The translations under genes were made by a program, and so were the position numbers. Below are positions 35,533 to 48,751 of a stretch of DNA of 64,000 bases, one piece after another. The notes under the pieces were generated by a model, which saw only the letters and a list, made by a program, of their open reading frames with translations, was not told the DNA's origin and made no database searches. Source of the stretch: Microthyrium microscopicum. Its lineage: Eukaryota. The stretch covers positions 4,420,282-4,484,281 of the forward strand of contig MU004230.1 in assembly GCA_010405405.1 (NCBI GenBank). The letters run 5' to 3'. Within the stretch, counting starts at the first letter, position 1. The number at the start of each line of letters is the position of its first letter.

Positions 35533-36776
35533 GTCCTGGCCGGACGAGGCTAGAAAAGTCGTGACGGACAATAGTATGGAGTTGGGATCATTGATATTGT
35601 TCTTGGACTCCCAGCCTTTGTTATCAGAAACCAGACACCCAAAATCAATCCTTTGTCAACTTATAAAGTACTCCAGACAAAGCAATGATAGCAGACTGTA
35701 AAAAAGAAGTTGGACTTTGTCCATGAAGCCACGAAGATGGAGTTCGAAGTTTACAGCCTCAATCAGGCATGAAACCTCCTCGGATAGTACCTCTTATAAG
35801 GCGACGAATCTCCATCATGGATTATCACGTGATCGATATCAACGACGTTAAGTATTTTTGATCTGAGAGCTGGACTGTATTGTTGCTTCTTTGATAAACC
35901 AAGAATGTTCATTTCGACGCCAGCGTCCTGGTAGTATCTCATCATCATGTCCAATGCATCGACTGTTCGGAACGTCCCGCATACCCTTCGTAGAAAGAGA
36001 GATAAATCCGACAATGGCTTGCAAGCTGAAATCCTTCAAGAAACATCTAGCCCAGGAGCCAGGGCTTTCTTGACCAGATAGTAGGATTCCACGTGTATCT
36101 AAGAATAAACAATAGGGCCGCAGGTTAGTCTTTTCGGTTCAATCATACTGGATTGATGTTTGAATGCGAAAGCTGTCTTTCTTGAAACAGAGCTAGACAA
36201 CGAACAATCGCAATTGAAACTGTTAAGCATCTTAACGGGATCAGTGCTTCAAAGCGGTGCTTCTTAAATATGGAAAGTTGGTCAAGTCTGGTCCCGAAAG
36301 CGAACGCGATGGTGTTCAGAGTAGATGTTTGGAAGGATCGGATCTTTATCAAGTTCATTTGGAAGTTAGGAGCTTCCGCTCCGCAGAGCATGGACGATGC
36401 CTATATACGGTGCGGGACAGGTCTTGACACTCTGGTCGAGTTACGGTACTAAACATATAACTTGGCCTAATATCATATTGAGCAGAGTGGAACATGATAT
36501 CGAACACAGGTTCGGCATTTTCCGCGGCCCTGTCATACTCTTGCAACAAACTATAAGTTCTGCTCTTGTTTCGTTCCATATCACATGCCGTATCAAGAAG
36601 AGCGTGGCTCTGTTGAACGTCATTATTGATATCCTTGATAAGTTAATACAAGGGCATAGCTCTTGAGTCGACCGTGTGTTCTCTTCGTGCATTCCTGAAT
36701 CACGTCCATCACAAAATCCAATATCAAAGTCCATCAAGACTATTCTGCATATCTCATCTCAACTATAGTATACAAC

Positions 36777-37985
36777 TCACTTCCCCACAACAGTAACAAA
36801 CGTTGCATCAATCTGCACCACCTGCGGCAACGCCAACCTGACCTTATTCCTATACAACACCGGCTGTCTCGTCTGCAGTGGATTTCCCTCAAAGTACACC
36901 GTCTTCAGCTCCTTCTTATCCTTCAATTGACTCTCCACCTCTTCAAAGCTTGCTAACTGGCAGCCACTCGCCCACAATTCCTCTAGGTTGACTAGAGAGT
37001 CTAAGCCGCTAAGGTGCGCGATGGCGTTGGAGGAGATGTCGATTACGCGGAGGTTGGTGTTGGATTCTAGGCCGGTGATGGAGGTGAGGAGGTTGTTGGA
37101 GATGTGTAGTTCTTCGAGGCTGGTGAGGGCTGAGAGGCCGGAAATGGTGGTTATGCGGTTTGCTTGGATTGAGAGGATTTTGAGATTTGATAGAGTAGAG
37201 AGACCCTGAGAGGTGGTTTGTTAGTTTTGACTTGGATAGTCTAGGGATGAGCATCGGGACTTACGGTTATTTCTGTGATTTTGTTCTTGCCAAGCCATAG
37301 CTCTTCGAGGCCAGTCAAAGTCTCGAGATTTTCGACAGTCTGTATAGCGATTAGAAGGAGAATGTGTGCCACAGATTGTGATATCTTTTACCCGTATCCT
37401 GTTCCCACCCAGCTCCAAATTCCTAAGCTTCGACAGACCCTCCAGTCCCTGAATATGTGATATCCTATTCTGAACGAAATAAATATCCGTAAGCTCAGCC
37501 AAATGATCCACATTCTTCAAATGCTTGATCTTATTGAAGCTTAAATCCAAACTCTTCAACTTCCTCATCCCCTCCAATCCCTGTATATCCTTGATCAGAT
37601 TATCATAGAAATCAACCTCCTCCAACGTCTCCCTTAAACTCTCCGGTAGCTCAATCCTAGCGACCGCATTCTGCCGCAAACACAGCCGCAACACCTTTTT
37701 GAACCGGTCCAGTCCCAGCTTCGACACCGACGAGATGCGGCAGTGTGTGAGATCAATGTCCTCCGCATCATCTTCGTAGTCGGCAAGTAGATCCTCATCG
37801 GCCTCGATTTTGTCGCCTTCTATGGACGCTCCTTGTTGTACTACTGCGTGTCGTTGAACGGGATGTGAGTGCTCGTCTTCGCCTTCGGAGCTGACGGCGC
37901 TGTCGTCATCGTTGGTGCCGTTGATGTCGCTTATACGTAGCTTTCCGTCCCAACCGTTGCGGTTGGAGGTTGGAGAGGTGGGCAT
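36777..37985 (-). CDS. SDS22: Protein phosphatase 1 regulatory LRR subunit (introns 37340-37391, 37206-37264)
   Basis: GWDGKLR, LCLRQN, LDLSFNKI, LELGGNRI, ELWLGKNKI, YFEGNPLQ..YRNKVRLALPQVVQIDAT. Confidence 0.94.
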
Positions 37986-39632
37986 GGTTTTGAGGAGAGG
38001 GGTTGTTTGTTTACGGCGTCGGATGAGGGGCAAGTTCAGGAACCAGACAGGGAGAGTAGAACTTGAGTTGGAGATGGTAGAAGCGAAGAGATACGTGTTT
38101 GACCGTAGGCGCGAAGATGTATTGATCGTGTAGTTTAGCAGACGCAGAGAATGTGTTGTGGCAAGCGTAATGTGAGGTGTGCTGGCAGATGTAGAGCGTG
38201 GGCAAAATGTCTAGGCAGTGCTATGCGCAAGGCTGACAGTCAACAACTATGGATCAAACGCGGCAAGGTGGAAGCTGATGCAAAGAAGGAGCAAGTGCCG
38301 ATATGTGTCAGAGGCTGGAAAATGGTCCGGTTTGCTCAAATACAAACAGTAGGCGTAGTTGTTGAAGGTTGGAAAGCACAATAACAGGTGGGGGGAATGG
38401 TATGTGCTATGGGAATCAAGGATGAGGAATTGCGGATGAAGATAATAGAGTAAAGTATGGCTCCACCAATTACTTCAGCCTTGCATCACGCTTTGCCAGC
38501 AAATCGCCATTATTCCCTCAACGATACTATGTACAAATTTTCTTCACCTCTTTTTGCCACATACATGAAATAGCTCGTATGTCTTCTTTCTGGTGTTGAA
38601 AAAACATGCTTGAGCGACGAGCGTTGACATGGACGTTAAATATCACCACACGTGAAATAGTTGAGAAACATGTATGTTTAGACTTGATTTTAGTTTGTAT
38701 AATTATATCCCGCTTTGCGCCTTCCTCTGTCGATTATGGCGCCACCTATAAAGCGCCAGACTGATGGTGTATTTTGCACTTTTCGTGTGCTTTGCGTCAA
38801 TTATCAATCGCTACTGTTTGCCCTGGCCAGCGCCAACCGGCTGCATCGATCCGTACCCATAGATTATCGAGGCTTCTAATACAAACAGACGCTTAGAGAG
38901 AGATGAGAGAGATTGGGTAGAACCAACGAAAGGCTTGAAAACAAGATAAAGGAAAAGTGCACTCTCATTGGAGGGCGATTGCTGTATCGTAGTAGTCACT
39001 GCTTGCAAGCAAGTATAACTAACAAGCTCTCCACGGTAGCTCCATGCGAGTATGCAACGCATCAACAAAACCATCTAGACAGCCGGATGAAAGGGGAATT
39101 CGAGTGGTGACGCTCCCGAATCTGGAAAAACAGTCCACGCTCCCAGCAATGCAGATGTCGATCCAAGAAGTAGAAGAAACAAAAGTTGTAAGCACAAACG
39201 CGAGCAGTGATTTGACCCAATCGGGAAACCGCTTTTTTGTTATCGACAGAGGTGAATGTGAATCCGGGGGTGGAAAAGGAAAAATAATGTAGATCGGATG
39301 CCCCGCCCAGTAAAAATGACTATGTTTGGCAGACTTTCGAAGTTGCCCAAGATGTATAACCGAAGATCTTATGCCTTTCAATAGACCAATCCTCAGTCCG
39401 AGGAGGAAGATGGGAATAGAGTGGGCCAGAAAAGCTGCAAGGTCAACTAGCCTCCAACAGATTCAACAACAAAATCAACAATCCACCATTCGTTAGACAG
39501 ATGCAAGAAGCACGTCGCCAAGACCAGCTCGCGCTCATTTGACCAAGTCGTCGATGAGGGTATCCAATATCGGATAGCAGTAAGTTTCAGGGCGCCGACT
39601 TTATTGGTTTGTCAAAGTGGTAGTGGTGAAAC

Positions 39633-41921
39633 TCATAGGCTCACATCTAATACTAGACTGACATCCTTCACTTGTTGGCCTGCTAAATCTTCGAGAACTG
39701 GTATCAAATCGAGCAATTCGTTATCGTGCGCGTCCGAGAACCAACTGGAGATTGGAACCGCATGCTGAGGATGGAAAATGTAAGAAGTCGGAGAATTGTC
39801 GATAATTATTGTGTCTTTCAAGTCACGGCCAACTTGGGACAGATCCTAGCTTATATTAGTATACTTGTTGTAACAGAGGCTGATAGTATGTACCTTCACG
39901 TAGTTGCCTTGGTGATTATAACAACTTTCACGGAAGAGGCGATGATGTACCACGCCGTGAATATCCAATTGATCTAGTAAAGGATCTCCATACTATGAGG
40001 ATATTAGCGATGAAACAATAAAAGAAGCACATTTTCTGACCTTGGAGACACTGGCAGTGAATACAACCACTTCATAAAGCTCCCCGACTCTCTTCATGAA
40101 TTGGTCGACACCGGGTCGCTTGATTACGTAGACATTGTGATACTGGCCTTCGATTTCAACAGGAATTGTGAAATCCGCTTGGTGTAGAATCTGCGCAATA
40201 ACGGTTAGAAAACACTCAACTATCCTCTTGCGCATGTTCTTACCTTGAAACTGCTGTGGACAAGCGTTTCGTCAAGATCAAGTACTAGACACTTTTTTCC
40301 GGAGAATTCAGCCCGCTTAGGAGGAAGAAGCCATTTCTGGCCGCCCTCCGGACCTTCGCGAACGGGACTACCCTCGTGGTGCGCTATTTGAGCTTGACGC
40401 TCTTCGAGTGGGGGCGGCGGTGGGAGATCGATTTTGGCTTTGCTGTCCCTGTTGCCAGGTGTATGCATGCCATCTGCAGCAGAAGCTTCTTCAGCAAACC
40501 CGGGTACTTCATTTGCTGCAATAGGAACAGTGGCCCCACCATCAGTCATTTCAATCTCCGTATCTCTCTGCTCCTGCTCAGGTGTTCGATCATGTATCAA
40601 CTGCTCCTCGGTAGATGTAATTGGGGTGGGAGCTTGAACGGCTATTTGGGGGCCATTGGAGGATTCCGGGGCAAGACCACCTTGATTGGTTTCGATGCGT
40701 GGCTCGGGTTTCGAAGGCCGTCTTCCAGGTCGTGTATCTGGCGATATGGGTAGGTCTGAGTTTTCGGTGGACTTTTCGTTCAGTGGCTGTTCTGCATGAT
40801 CTCTCGTTGCTGTATTGCCAAAGTCACCAGCATTTTGATCTTGCTTTTGGACACCAGGAACTGCGATTCTGTCTGCTCCCTTCTTTTGCTTGGTTGGCTT
40901 TGCAGCATCTGCGTCTTCATCTGTACCTTTTTTAGAACCAAAACAGCTGAACAAAGCCAAACATCCGCCCTTTTTCTTTTGCTTGGGTAACGGGATGGTG
41001 GGAGAATTAGTTGCCGTTGTGGCGTCTTCGGGCATATTGGTTGGTTTTTCAGTCATGTTTGGGCTTCGGTTGGAAGGCTGACTACTTGCTGTGCTACCGG
41101 CTCTTCTCTTGCCGGTCAGACTACGCTTGGAACCCCGTCCTATACTCTCTGCGGATCCTTTGATGGTATCCCCACTGAGGCCTGTTGTCGCGGATCCAGG
41201 TCCCTCAGTCGCCATAAGGCCTGGAACGTCCAGGTGAGATGGCTTCCGACGGGGACGAGAGTCCGAGTCGTTGATGGTTCTCTCGGAGATGGAAGCTGAG
41301 CTGCGTTCTGTACGTAGATGCTCGGTGGAGTTTTTGCTGCGGGAGGATGTGCGGCTGGGAATTGCGCGGCGAGAGGAGGCTGAGGCTTTTCGCTCAACCT
41401 GATGATACGGGCTGGAATTATTTGCTGCAAGTGAAAGAGGTCAGTGGTGCGAGCGAAATGTGAGTCTGAAATGTGAAGTAGAGAGAATTCCAGTCTGGCG
41501 CAGTCGCAGTCGATTTCATGCCAAACAATGCGGGCTGGTAGCTCTTGCCAAATGAGGCCAAGAACCCAGTTCTGAGGAAGTCGCGCTCCAAAACAGAGGA
41601 AAGAGCAAGAGAGGGCTCAAACCCCAACTACACTTGCTAAAATACAACAAATACAACAAATACAACAAATACAAGCTGCAAATGCGAAATACGCCAATAC
41701 ATCAATGACGCGCGGAGTCAGTGATGGAGAAGCGCGCGTAAAGTACATGGAGTAATTACTTCAGGACGGGTATTGGAAAGAGCGGAATCCTTGGCAGAGG
41801 CCCTGTACATACCAGCGGCGTCACCAACGTCTCTGGGTGCTGTCGATAAAGGCCCGTTTACTCCTTGAGCGGCCAGTCTCGAACTTGTATCGGTGCGAAA
41901 GTGTTGATTGCTGTCTGTCAT
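39633..41921 (-). CDS. PSR1: NIF/FCP1-like (HAD) plasma-membrane phosphatase Psr1/2 (exons 41921-41813, 41424-40244, 40190-40041, 39992-39894, 39845-39633)
   Basis: [51 protein letters not shown]. The first exon is less certain but splices in frame. Confidence 0.9.
41639..41674. repeat. 9-bp tandem repeat (AAATACAAC)x4 in PSR1 intron 1
   Basis: AAATACAAC three times plus AAATACAAG. Confidence 0.85.
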
Positions 41922-44398
41922 GCGGGGCAGTGGCCGTGTTGCGTTGTTCGAGTTGGCAGCACTCGTTGTGCAGCTGTTCCCGGCTGAAAGGTCTGGTTCC
42001 TAAATGACCAAGCTTGCGCAGTCTCGAGATTCCGATGGCTTGGATTGCTGTGTTTGAGCAAGGCTATCACGAAGGCGACGTGCGGCTAGAGGAACGGCGC
42101 GTGGAGAGAAAGTTGGGAGGAGAGTGGTAGTACAGCTCTGGGTACCAAGTTCAGATGAATGGTTTAAAGGGGGTGCTGCGAGTGATGAAGGCGGAGGGTG
42201 GTCAATGCGACGCGGCGGATCGAGGCGTTCACTCAGACAACAGGCTGATGGCTATGAGAGCGGAGCAAAGGCGACAATGAATACTGTAAAGCTGGGGGAG
42301 AAGTGCGATGATGAAGAGAGGTAGCGAGATGGGAAGTATGAAGTAAGAAGAGAAATGAGCAAGCAAGCCGGGGCCGTTCTTTTGGCCTTTCAAGCTGGCT
42401 CTCAGGGACTTGGGGGAGTACTGCACACACAGTGAGGAAGAGACAGGGAGAGCGCTCTGGTCAGTGGTGGTGGTCAAGAGACGGCGGCAGGCTGGCCTGG
42501 GGCTTTGATTTGACTGGCGCTAGCATCAATTATCCTGGCCATCTGGGCTTTTGTGGGCGCTGGTCACTGCTCCTTTGCAAAGAAAATCAACAAGACCGCG
42601 CACAATCTCTGTTGATTCCGCGATGCTAATTTCATTTTCAGGTTGACTTGCCGCTGCTTCAATGCTTGGAACTATCCTGTCTCTCATCATCATCATCATC
42701 AACATCATCTGCGTACAACCTGGCATCAAGGCCGGCACGGCCAGCATGCCCGCTGACGGCTGGTGCCACATGTCGAGATCAGATCTTGAACCTCTCCGCT
42801 CTTGTTGCATGAACCTTTGGAGGTAAATGGAGAAACTAGGCTCAACAAGGCTCGCTCCACCAAAAAGGGCGCATTGGGGATGCCGGGGGCCATGGAAAAT
42901 CCGTAAGCTTGGATCCCGTTTATGCAGCTGCATCAGACTGGAGCATGGACAAAGTTAAAATCGCCAGGTCCAATTGAAATGATTCGCAGCAGTATTAGCT
43001 GTTGGTGTGGCCATGGTACAATGAAGATATCTTCCTAAATAATCCCCTATAAATGCTATTGCTTGACGGGTATTTTTAGTATATAATCCTCCTCGAACTG
43101 CTTTGCTAGAGATCAGGAGCAACATATCGAGAGAGTTCACTTGGTAATGAAAGTTTTTGGCTTTCATTGTGTTTGACCAGTCTCAAAACAGTGTTTCTCT
43201 ATTGTTGCTTATCGTTGTTCGTAAACATATAGGTTTAAGGTCCTAAAGGTAGGTTTCGTTCATACATCAGGCCTGGAATGGATACCATAAGAACGGCTCC
43301 ATGATAGTGAGCCTTACTTGATACTTGTAAAACCAACCACTCGGTCATATCATCCAAGCATCACATGCCTCTGGTACACGATAAGCGCAACGCGACCCAG
43401 ATCCAATATGGGAATTGAGCCTCAGCGAACAAGGGAGCTGTTACTTCGCCGCAACAACAATCCTCCAACATCCATTGGATATATTTGCCTTCACGCATTG
43501 ATAGATACCAGCATCAAAGCCAATACATACACAGTCGGCAATCTTCAAATCCTCGAGCGGCGAACCCTCCTGCCCGCAGCCCGTCAACGATTCCAAAGAT
43601 TCCAGGATTCCAGGATTCCAGAAGACCGTAGACTTGCTTTCTTGCGTTCAAAGTGGATTTCAAGACAAACGAGCCAGAAATTGGTCATGTTCTTTTTAGA
43701 CGCCGTTGGCCCCGACATACCAACCATTCCGCTTGAAGAACACACTGCTCGAGCCTGAGTGGATCGCCAGACACTCCGCAACCGCCCAAGGCGGCTGAAC
43801 TTGCTCATGAGAAGGATTGTGGCTTTGACGAAGCAAGCTTAATCCTTGTGACTGGGCGCCTCTCTTTTTTAATGGTCACCAATTGTTATTAGAGGGCTGC
43901 ATATTTGACAATCTTGGGGGCTTGCATTCGATCATACATATGGTTGGTTCGCCTTTGAACTTCGTGTCTTTGAACTGGAATTGAATGAGTTTAATAATAT
44001 GAGCGATCGAGTAAAGTAACTCCTTTACTCCCATCGTTATCTTATTGAGGGTTTTCTTTACCATCTGAATGAAGTTACTGAAGTTTGGTCCAATGTACCT
44101 TACTCCTTGTTCTGCCGTACAATTTACGCCTTTTACTAATAGAAGACTGATTACATCATTCAGATAAGAGGCAGGTATAGCAGACTTAGTAATGCAATTC
44201 CCGTTGTATGATTCAGTTCAATATCAACGGCATTTTGATTTCATTCCTAGCCATTACAGTGTGATTTTAACAGAAACTGCTCAGCGCAGGTCAAAATTGC
44301 ACGATGATGGACATCAATCGCTGTATACTTCATTACATATAATTTACACATGAGGATGAGGAGGGATATAATCTTTGCTCTCATAAGACACCGGAACT

Positions 44399-45651
44399 TC
44401 AAGCAACACCACCCTTCAGCCCATTCTCCGCCGCACTTTTTGGCTCTTCAGGCGTGTCTGTAGTCTGCCTAGCCGAACCCGACTCGAACGGCGCCGCCAT
44501 CAACGGTGATTGCATAAGAACATCCGCTTCACTTACAGGTTCTCCAAAGCCCACATACCCTCTTGCCAGCACCTCATCCTCAATGCGGCCCAGCCTCGCC
44601 ACCTCTCGACGAACATATGCCGTCACCAGCGCAATCTTCAAAGGATCCACATTCGCATCTGCATTGAACAATTGCCGCCAAACGGCAGCGGCGAGGACAT
44701 CGTCACCCTTGATTAAACCTTCATCATACGCAACGACTGTGCCGCGCCATATTTGTGAATAAGCTTCTAGACTTTTCCGGCGATCAGATGCATCGATTTT
44801 GTGAACAAAGTCCATGGTCCGCTCGGCTTCCCAGAAGAAGTGGTTGGTGAGGAGATCAGACCAGTGATCGCACATTTTCTTGGGGAGTTGGCGGATGCGA
44901 ACTTTAAGCATCCACATGTGTAGCATGCAGACTGTAGCCCATGTATTGAATGTTTTGGGAAGCCCAAGGGCTGTGGCATAAGTTAGCTAGGTAGATACTG
45001 TCGAGACTTGAATTGAACATACCATCAAACCACCATCCTGATCCGAGACCATCATGCATGCCTTGTTCGTCACGCTTCACTCGTTTCTTCGTCTTGCCGT
45101 CTAGCTCATCCACATACTCCTCCATCTGGAACGTGACCTTTGCTCGCTCACAGTCTTGAAACAGTCTTTCTAATACTCCCCAGCTCCACTGCGGCGTTGT
45201 CCATTTGTAATTGTGTATATCATCAGGAAGAGGAGCCAACACTTGGACCTCACCATGTTCATCTCTGACACCCACCCGCTGGCCGGTGGCGAGCATTTCA
45301 TATATTTGATCTAGAGTTGGTGCTGGCTCTTCAACATGGTTTGTAGGCTCTGTAGGATCGGGGATATCTTTGACTCCTTGGACAACAGGCTTCGTAGCAT
45401 AAAGTCGGACCGGGTCTGCGGCGGTTATGGGAGAAACGTTTCGTTGCGAGTTGCTGCGAGCATTCAATTGCCATATCGAGGGTCCGCTTCGAGTTGCGAT
45501 TGTTCGTCTTGACAAATTCGAGACAGTGCTGCTCTTGATTAACAGTTAGCAGCTACTCCAGAAGTAAGAACGCGCTACTTACGACTCTGGCAAAGGCGCT
45601 ATCACTTCTCAGTACTCTGGCGCATGCTCGACATGTATGATTTGAAGCCAT
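44399..45651 (-). CDS. CBP3: Ubiquinol-cytochrome c reductase assembly chaperone (exons 45651-45583, 45533-45023, 44970-44399)
   Basis: LGLPKTFNTWATVCMLHMWML, WRG...AYDEGLIKGDDVLAAAVWRQLF; basic mitochondrial-type N-terminus. Confidence 0.9.
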
Positions 45652-45905
45652 GATATGTGATCAAGGTGTAAGTAAAGGCAATCTTTGAGCAGACTTGAGA
45701 TTGATGAGGTCAAAAAAGTTCTGGAATTGATGATGCCTCGTTCTGGCCCTAGCAATGACCCCTGTCAGCCGTCCATCCAAGCTCCGAGCTTCAAATGTTC
45801 CTCAACCATCAGCTTGCCTGGTTGCCCGCATCGTGTTGCGAACACTACTTCTACATTTATTGATGTGAAAATCCAAGTGTTAGATCTTTTACCAAACAAG
45901 ATGTC

Positions 45906-47431
45906 ATGCGTAGAGTCGTCGTGACAGGAATTGGAGCCGTCACTCCACTAGGTGTTGGTCCGTCGCTCTCATTCCTTGCGATATCAAGCAGCCGACTAAT
46001 CATTATACAGGCGCAAAGCAATCATGGACTCGCTTGATAAATGGTCAGTCTGGGATTGTCTCACTTGGAGATAGATTCAACGCTATACCAAGTCGAGTTG
46101 CTGGTCTGGTTCCCCAGGGTGCGAAGAGTGATGGCAAATGGAATGCGGAGGAAAGACTCGACAAAGGGGTATCCACGAAATCGATAATTGTCCAAGAGAA
46201 GCAGCAGTCTAAATCGTTCATATAGGATGCGAGAAAGATGGCTTTGTTCGCCCAATACGCATATACCGCCGCCCAAGAAGCAGTCCTAGACGCCGGTCTC
46301 CAAAACCTCAGCGACGAAGCCCGCGAAAACGTTGTATGTCTATACCATCACCACCACCGAGCATAGTCTAATGAACCAGGGCGTCAACATAGGCTCTGGC
46401 ATCGGCAGCTTCGAAGACGTCGTAAAAACCACCCTCGCATTCGACCAAGGCGTAAACCTCCCCTTCCCATCCCCATCAAACCACACACATAACTAACTAT
46501 ATCACAGGGCTACTCCAAAGTTTCCCCCCTCTTCGTTCCCCGCCTCCTCATAAACCTCGCCGCCGGCCACATATCCATGAAATTCAACTTCCGCGGGCCC
46601 TCCCTCGCACCCTCCACAGCCTGCACCACCGGCTCTCACGCTATCGGCGACGCCTTCAACATTATCCGGTACTCCAAATCCACCCGCGTCGTCCTCGCCG
46701 GTGCCGCAGAATCGTGCATCGAGCCCCTGGCCCTAGCTGGCTTTGCGCGTGCACGCAGTCTATCTACTGGGTTCAATGATATACCCGAGGAGGCGTCACG
46801 TCCGTTTGACAGAGGGAGAGATGGCTTTGTGATTGCGGAGGGCGCGGGTGTGGTGGTGTTGGAGGATTTGGAGCATGCGCTTGAGAGAGGTGCGCCAGAG
46901 ATTTATGCGGAGGTCGTAGGGTATGGGCTTGCGAGCGATGCGTATCATGTTACGGCGCCGGATCCGTCAGGGAGGGGCGCATTTTTGTCAATGAAGAGGG
47001 CGTTGGAGGATGCGGAGCTCAGGCCGAGAGATGTGGATTATGTTAATGCGCATGCGACGAGCACGCCGTTGGGAGATTCGGCAGAGAATCGAGCGATTCG
47101 GAATCTTATGCTGGGAGAGGGTGGGTATGAGCATGCACAACAGGTGAATGTTAGTAGCTCAAAGGGTGCGGTTGGACACCTTTTGGGTGCTGCAGGTGGA
47201 GTGGAAGGCATTTTTACTGCGCTTGCGGTCAGGCATAATATACTTCCGCCGACCATCAATCTGCAGTGCCCTGGGCCTGCTTTAAAGGAGAAAGATGACA
47301 ATCTGGATGGGTGGGATCTCAATTACGTCCCATTTGAAAAGCAGGAGCAACAGGTGAACTACGCTGTTTCCAATAGCTTTGGGTTTGGGGGAACCTGTGC
47401 GAGTATATGTTTCAAGAAGTACACAGAATAG
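45906..47431 (+). CDS. CEM1: Mitochondrial beta-ketoacyl-ACP synthase (exons 45906-45957, 46011-46168, 46226-46333, 46380-46451, 46508-47431)
   Basis: MRRVVVTGIGAVTPLG, TACTTG, YVNAHATST, GHLLGAAG, SNSFGFGG. Confidence 0.93.
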
Positions 47432-47671
47432 CAAAACAACAATCTTGATGTATGATGAGTCAAATGCATTTGATCAAATTGAGGTGCATATGAAATGCTA
47501 CAAGCATTCTTGCGAATGTTACAATGGGTATAATGTCTAAAGCAAAAGTATCCAAATTGCCAACCAATGCTGAATGAGCATGAATTCGTTGTTGAGTGCG
47601 GAATATTAGGTGACGCGCGAAATCTCCAATAGCGCCAATGATGTTTGGAATATGAACAGAAGTGAAGTTGG

Positions 47672-48751
47672 TTATTGGAAGGCTGAGGGAGGAGCTTGCA
47701 TCTCGTCGAAACGGAACAGAGATCTCAAAGCACCTGTTGCTACCTCCGGTTGAGGGCTTCCAACCATAGTCTTCTTCTCATACTTGAGTTCCTCGGCTGG
47801 CATCTCATTGGGAAGATCGTCAGCACCAACGTTGGTAGCGACACTGGCTTGTGCTTTGAGCCCCGGTAAACTAATAGTAGATTTACTCTGGGGTAATGAT
47901 TGAGCTCCGGCCAGTGGGGTTACTAGGTTGATTGATTTGGCGCCGAAACTACTCGAATATGGATTGGCCCGAGAAGGTAATGGCCGGGAGTAAGTCAAAG
48001 GCATTGATGACAATGGAGTCAAGGAGCTTGGTGATGTTCCTGGGGATGGTGAATGTGTAAGAGATGGAGCAAGACTGATTGTAGAAGCGCGAGACTGCGG
48101 CTTCGGCCTTCTTGCAAACCTTGAAGACGATTCGGCGACAAAAGCCGGTGATTGGAATTGTCGCAGATATCGTGCAGCTTCAGAGTCTTGACGACGATGC
48201 TGCATTGGCCCACGTGGTCTGCGAAGGACATCTTCGTTCGTATCTTCTTCGTCTTCAATGTCCGAGCTCGCAGCGGAAGAGAGATCCGTAAATGAAAAGC
48301 GGTTTGGTTGTATGGCAGTTGGTGATCGTTGAGGAATGATATCTCTAGGCGGTGAGCGAAAATCCAAGGCCTGATAGGCCTGCGTCGGCGTCATAGGCCG
48401 AGAGTGCAGATGCCCATGAGACGAAGGTACCGAAGATGAGAGCGGCTTATTCATGTCTCTGCGTCGGCAGCGATCTGAACAGTAGAGTATTGTACTACTG
48501 GGAGTGATGATCTGATTTTCGCACATTGTGCAGAATTGAGGGAAACTGGCCGCCATGTCGTCTTCGTCGTTGAAACTAGTAGTTGGCTCCGGATCTTCAA
48601 TTGATACGCGTTTTTGTTTGCAGGAACCAGATTTCTCTCTTTTGAAGGCGGGACGGACCGGCCGTTTTGAAGAAGCAGAACCTCGATTGTGAGAAGGAAG
48701 ATATGCGGAATGGATATGGGAGGTTTGGTGATGTGACGAAATTGAAGTCAT
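47672..48751 (-). CDS. Ecl1-family (life-span regulatory factor) zinc-binding protein
   Basis: FPQFCTMCENQI..LYCSDRCRRRD motif followed by a Ser-rich region; start codon uncertain. Confidence 0.75.
   Translation of the reverse strand: MTSISSHHQTSHIHSAYLPSHNRGSASSKRPVRPAFKREKSGSCKQKRVSIEDPEPTTSFNDEDDMAASFPQFCTMCENQIITPSSTILYCSDRCRRRDMNKPLSSSVPSSHGHLHSRPMTPTQAYQALDFRSPPRDIIPQRSPTAIQPNRFSFTDLSSAASSDIEDEEDTNEDVLRRPRGPMQHRRQDSEAARYLRQFQSPAFVAESSSRFARRPKPQSRASTISLAPSLTHSPSPGTSPSSLTPLSSMPLTYSRPLPSRANPYSSSFGAKSINLVTPLAGAQSLPQSKSTISLPGLKAQASVATNVGADDLPNEMPAEELKYEKKTMVGSPQPEVATGALRSLFRFDEMQAPPSAFQ

Noticed and set aside
35763..36737. Several short ORFs between STE14 and SDS22
   Set aside because: Could not be spliced into a coherent or recognisable protein.
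43318..43758. 146-aa ORF containing a short GATTCCAG tandem repeat
   Set aside because: Non-ATG start and no recognisable domain; the repeat is too short to interpret.
44120..44145. GCCTTTTAC resembling U5 snRNA loop I
   Set aside because: Flanking stem is only 3 bp and there is no convincing Sm site or U5 fold.
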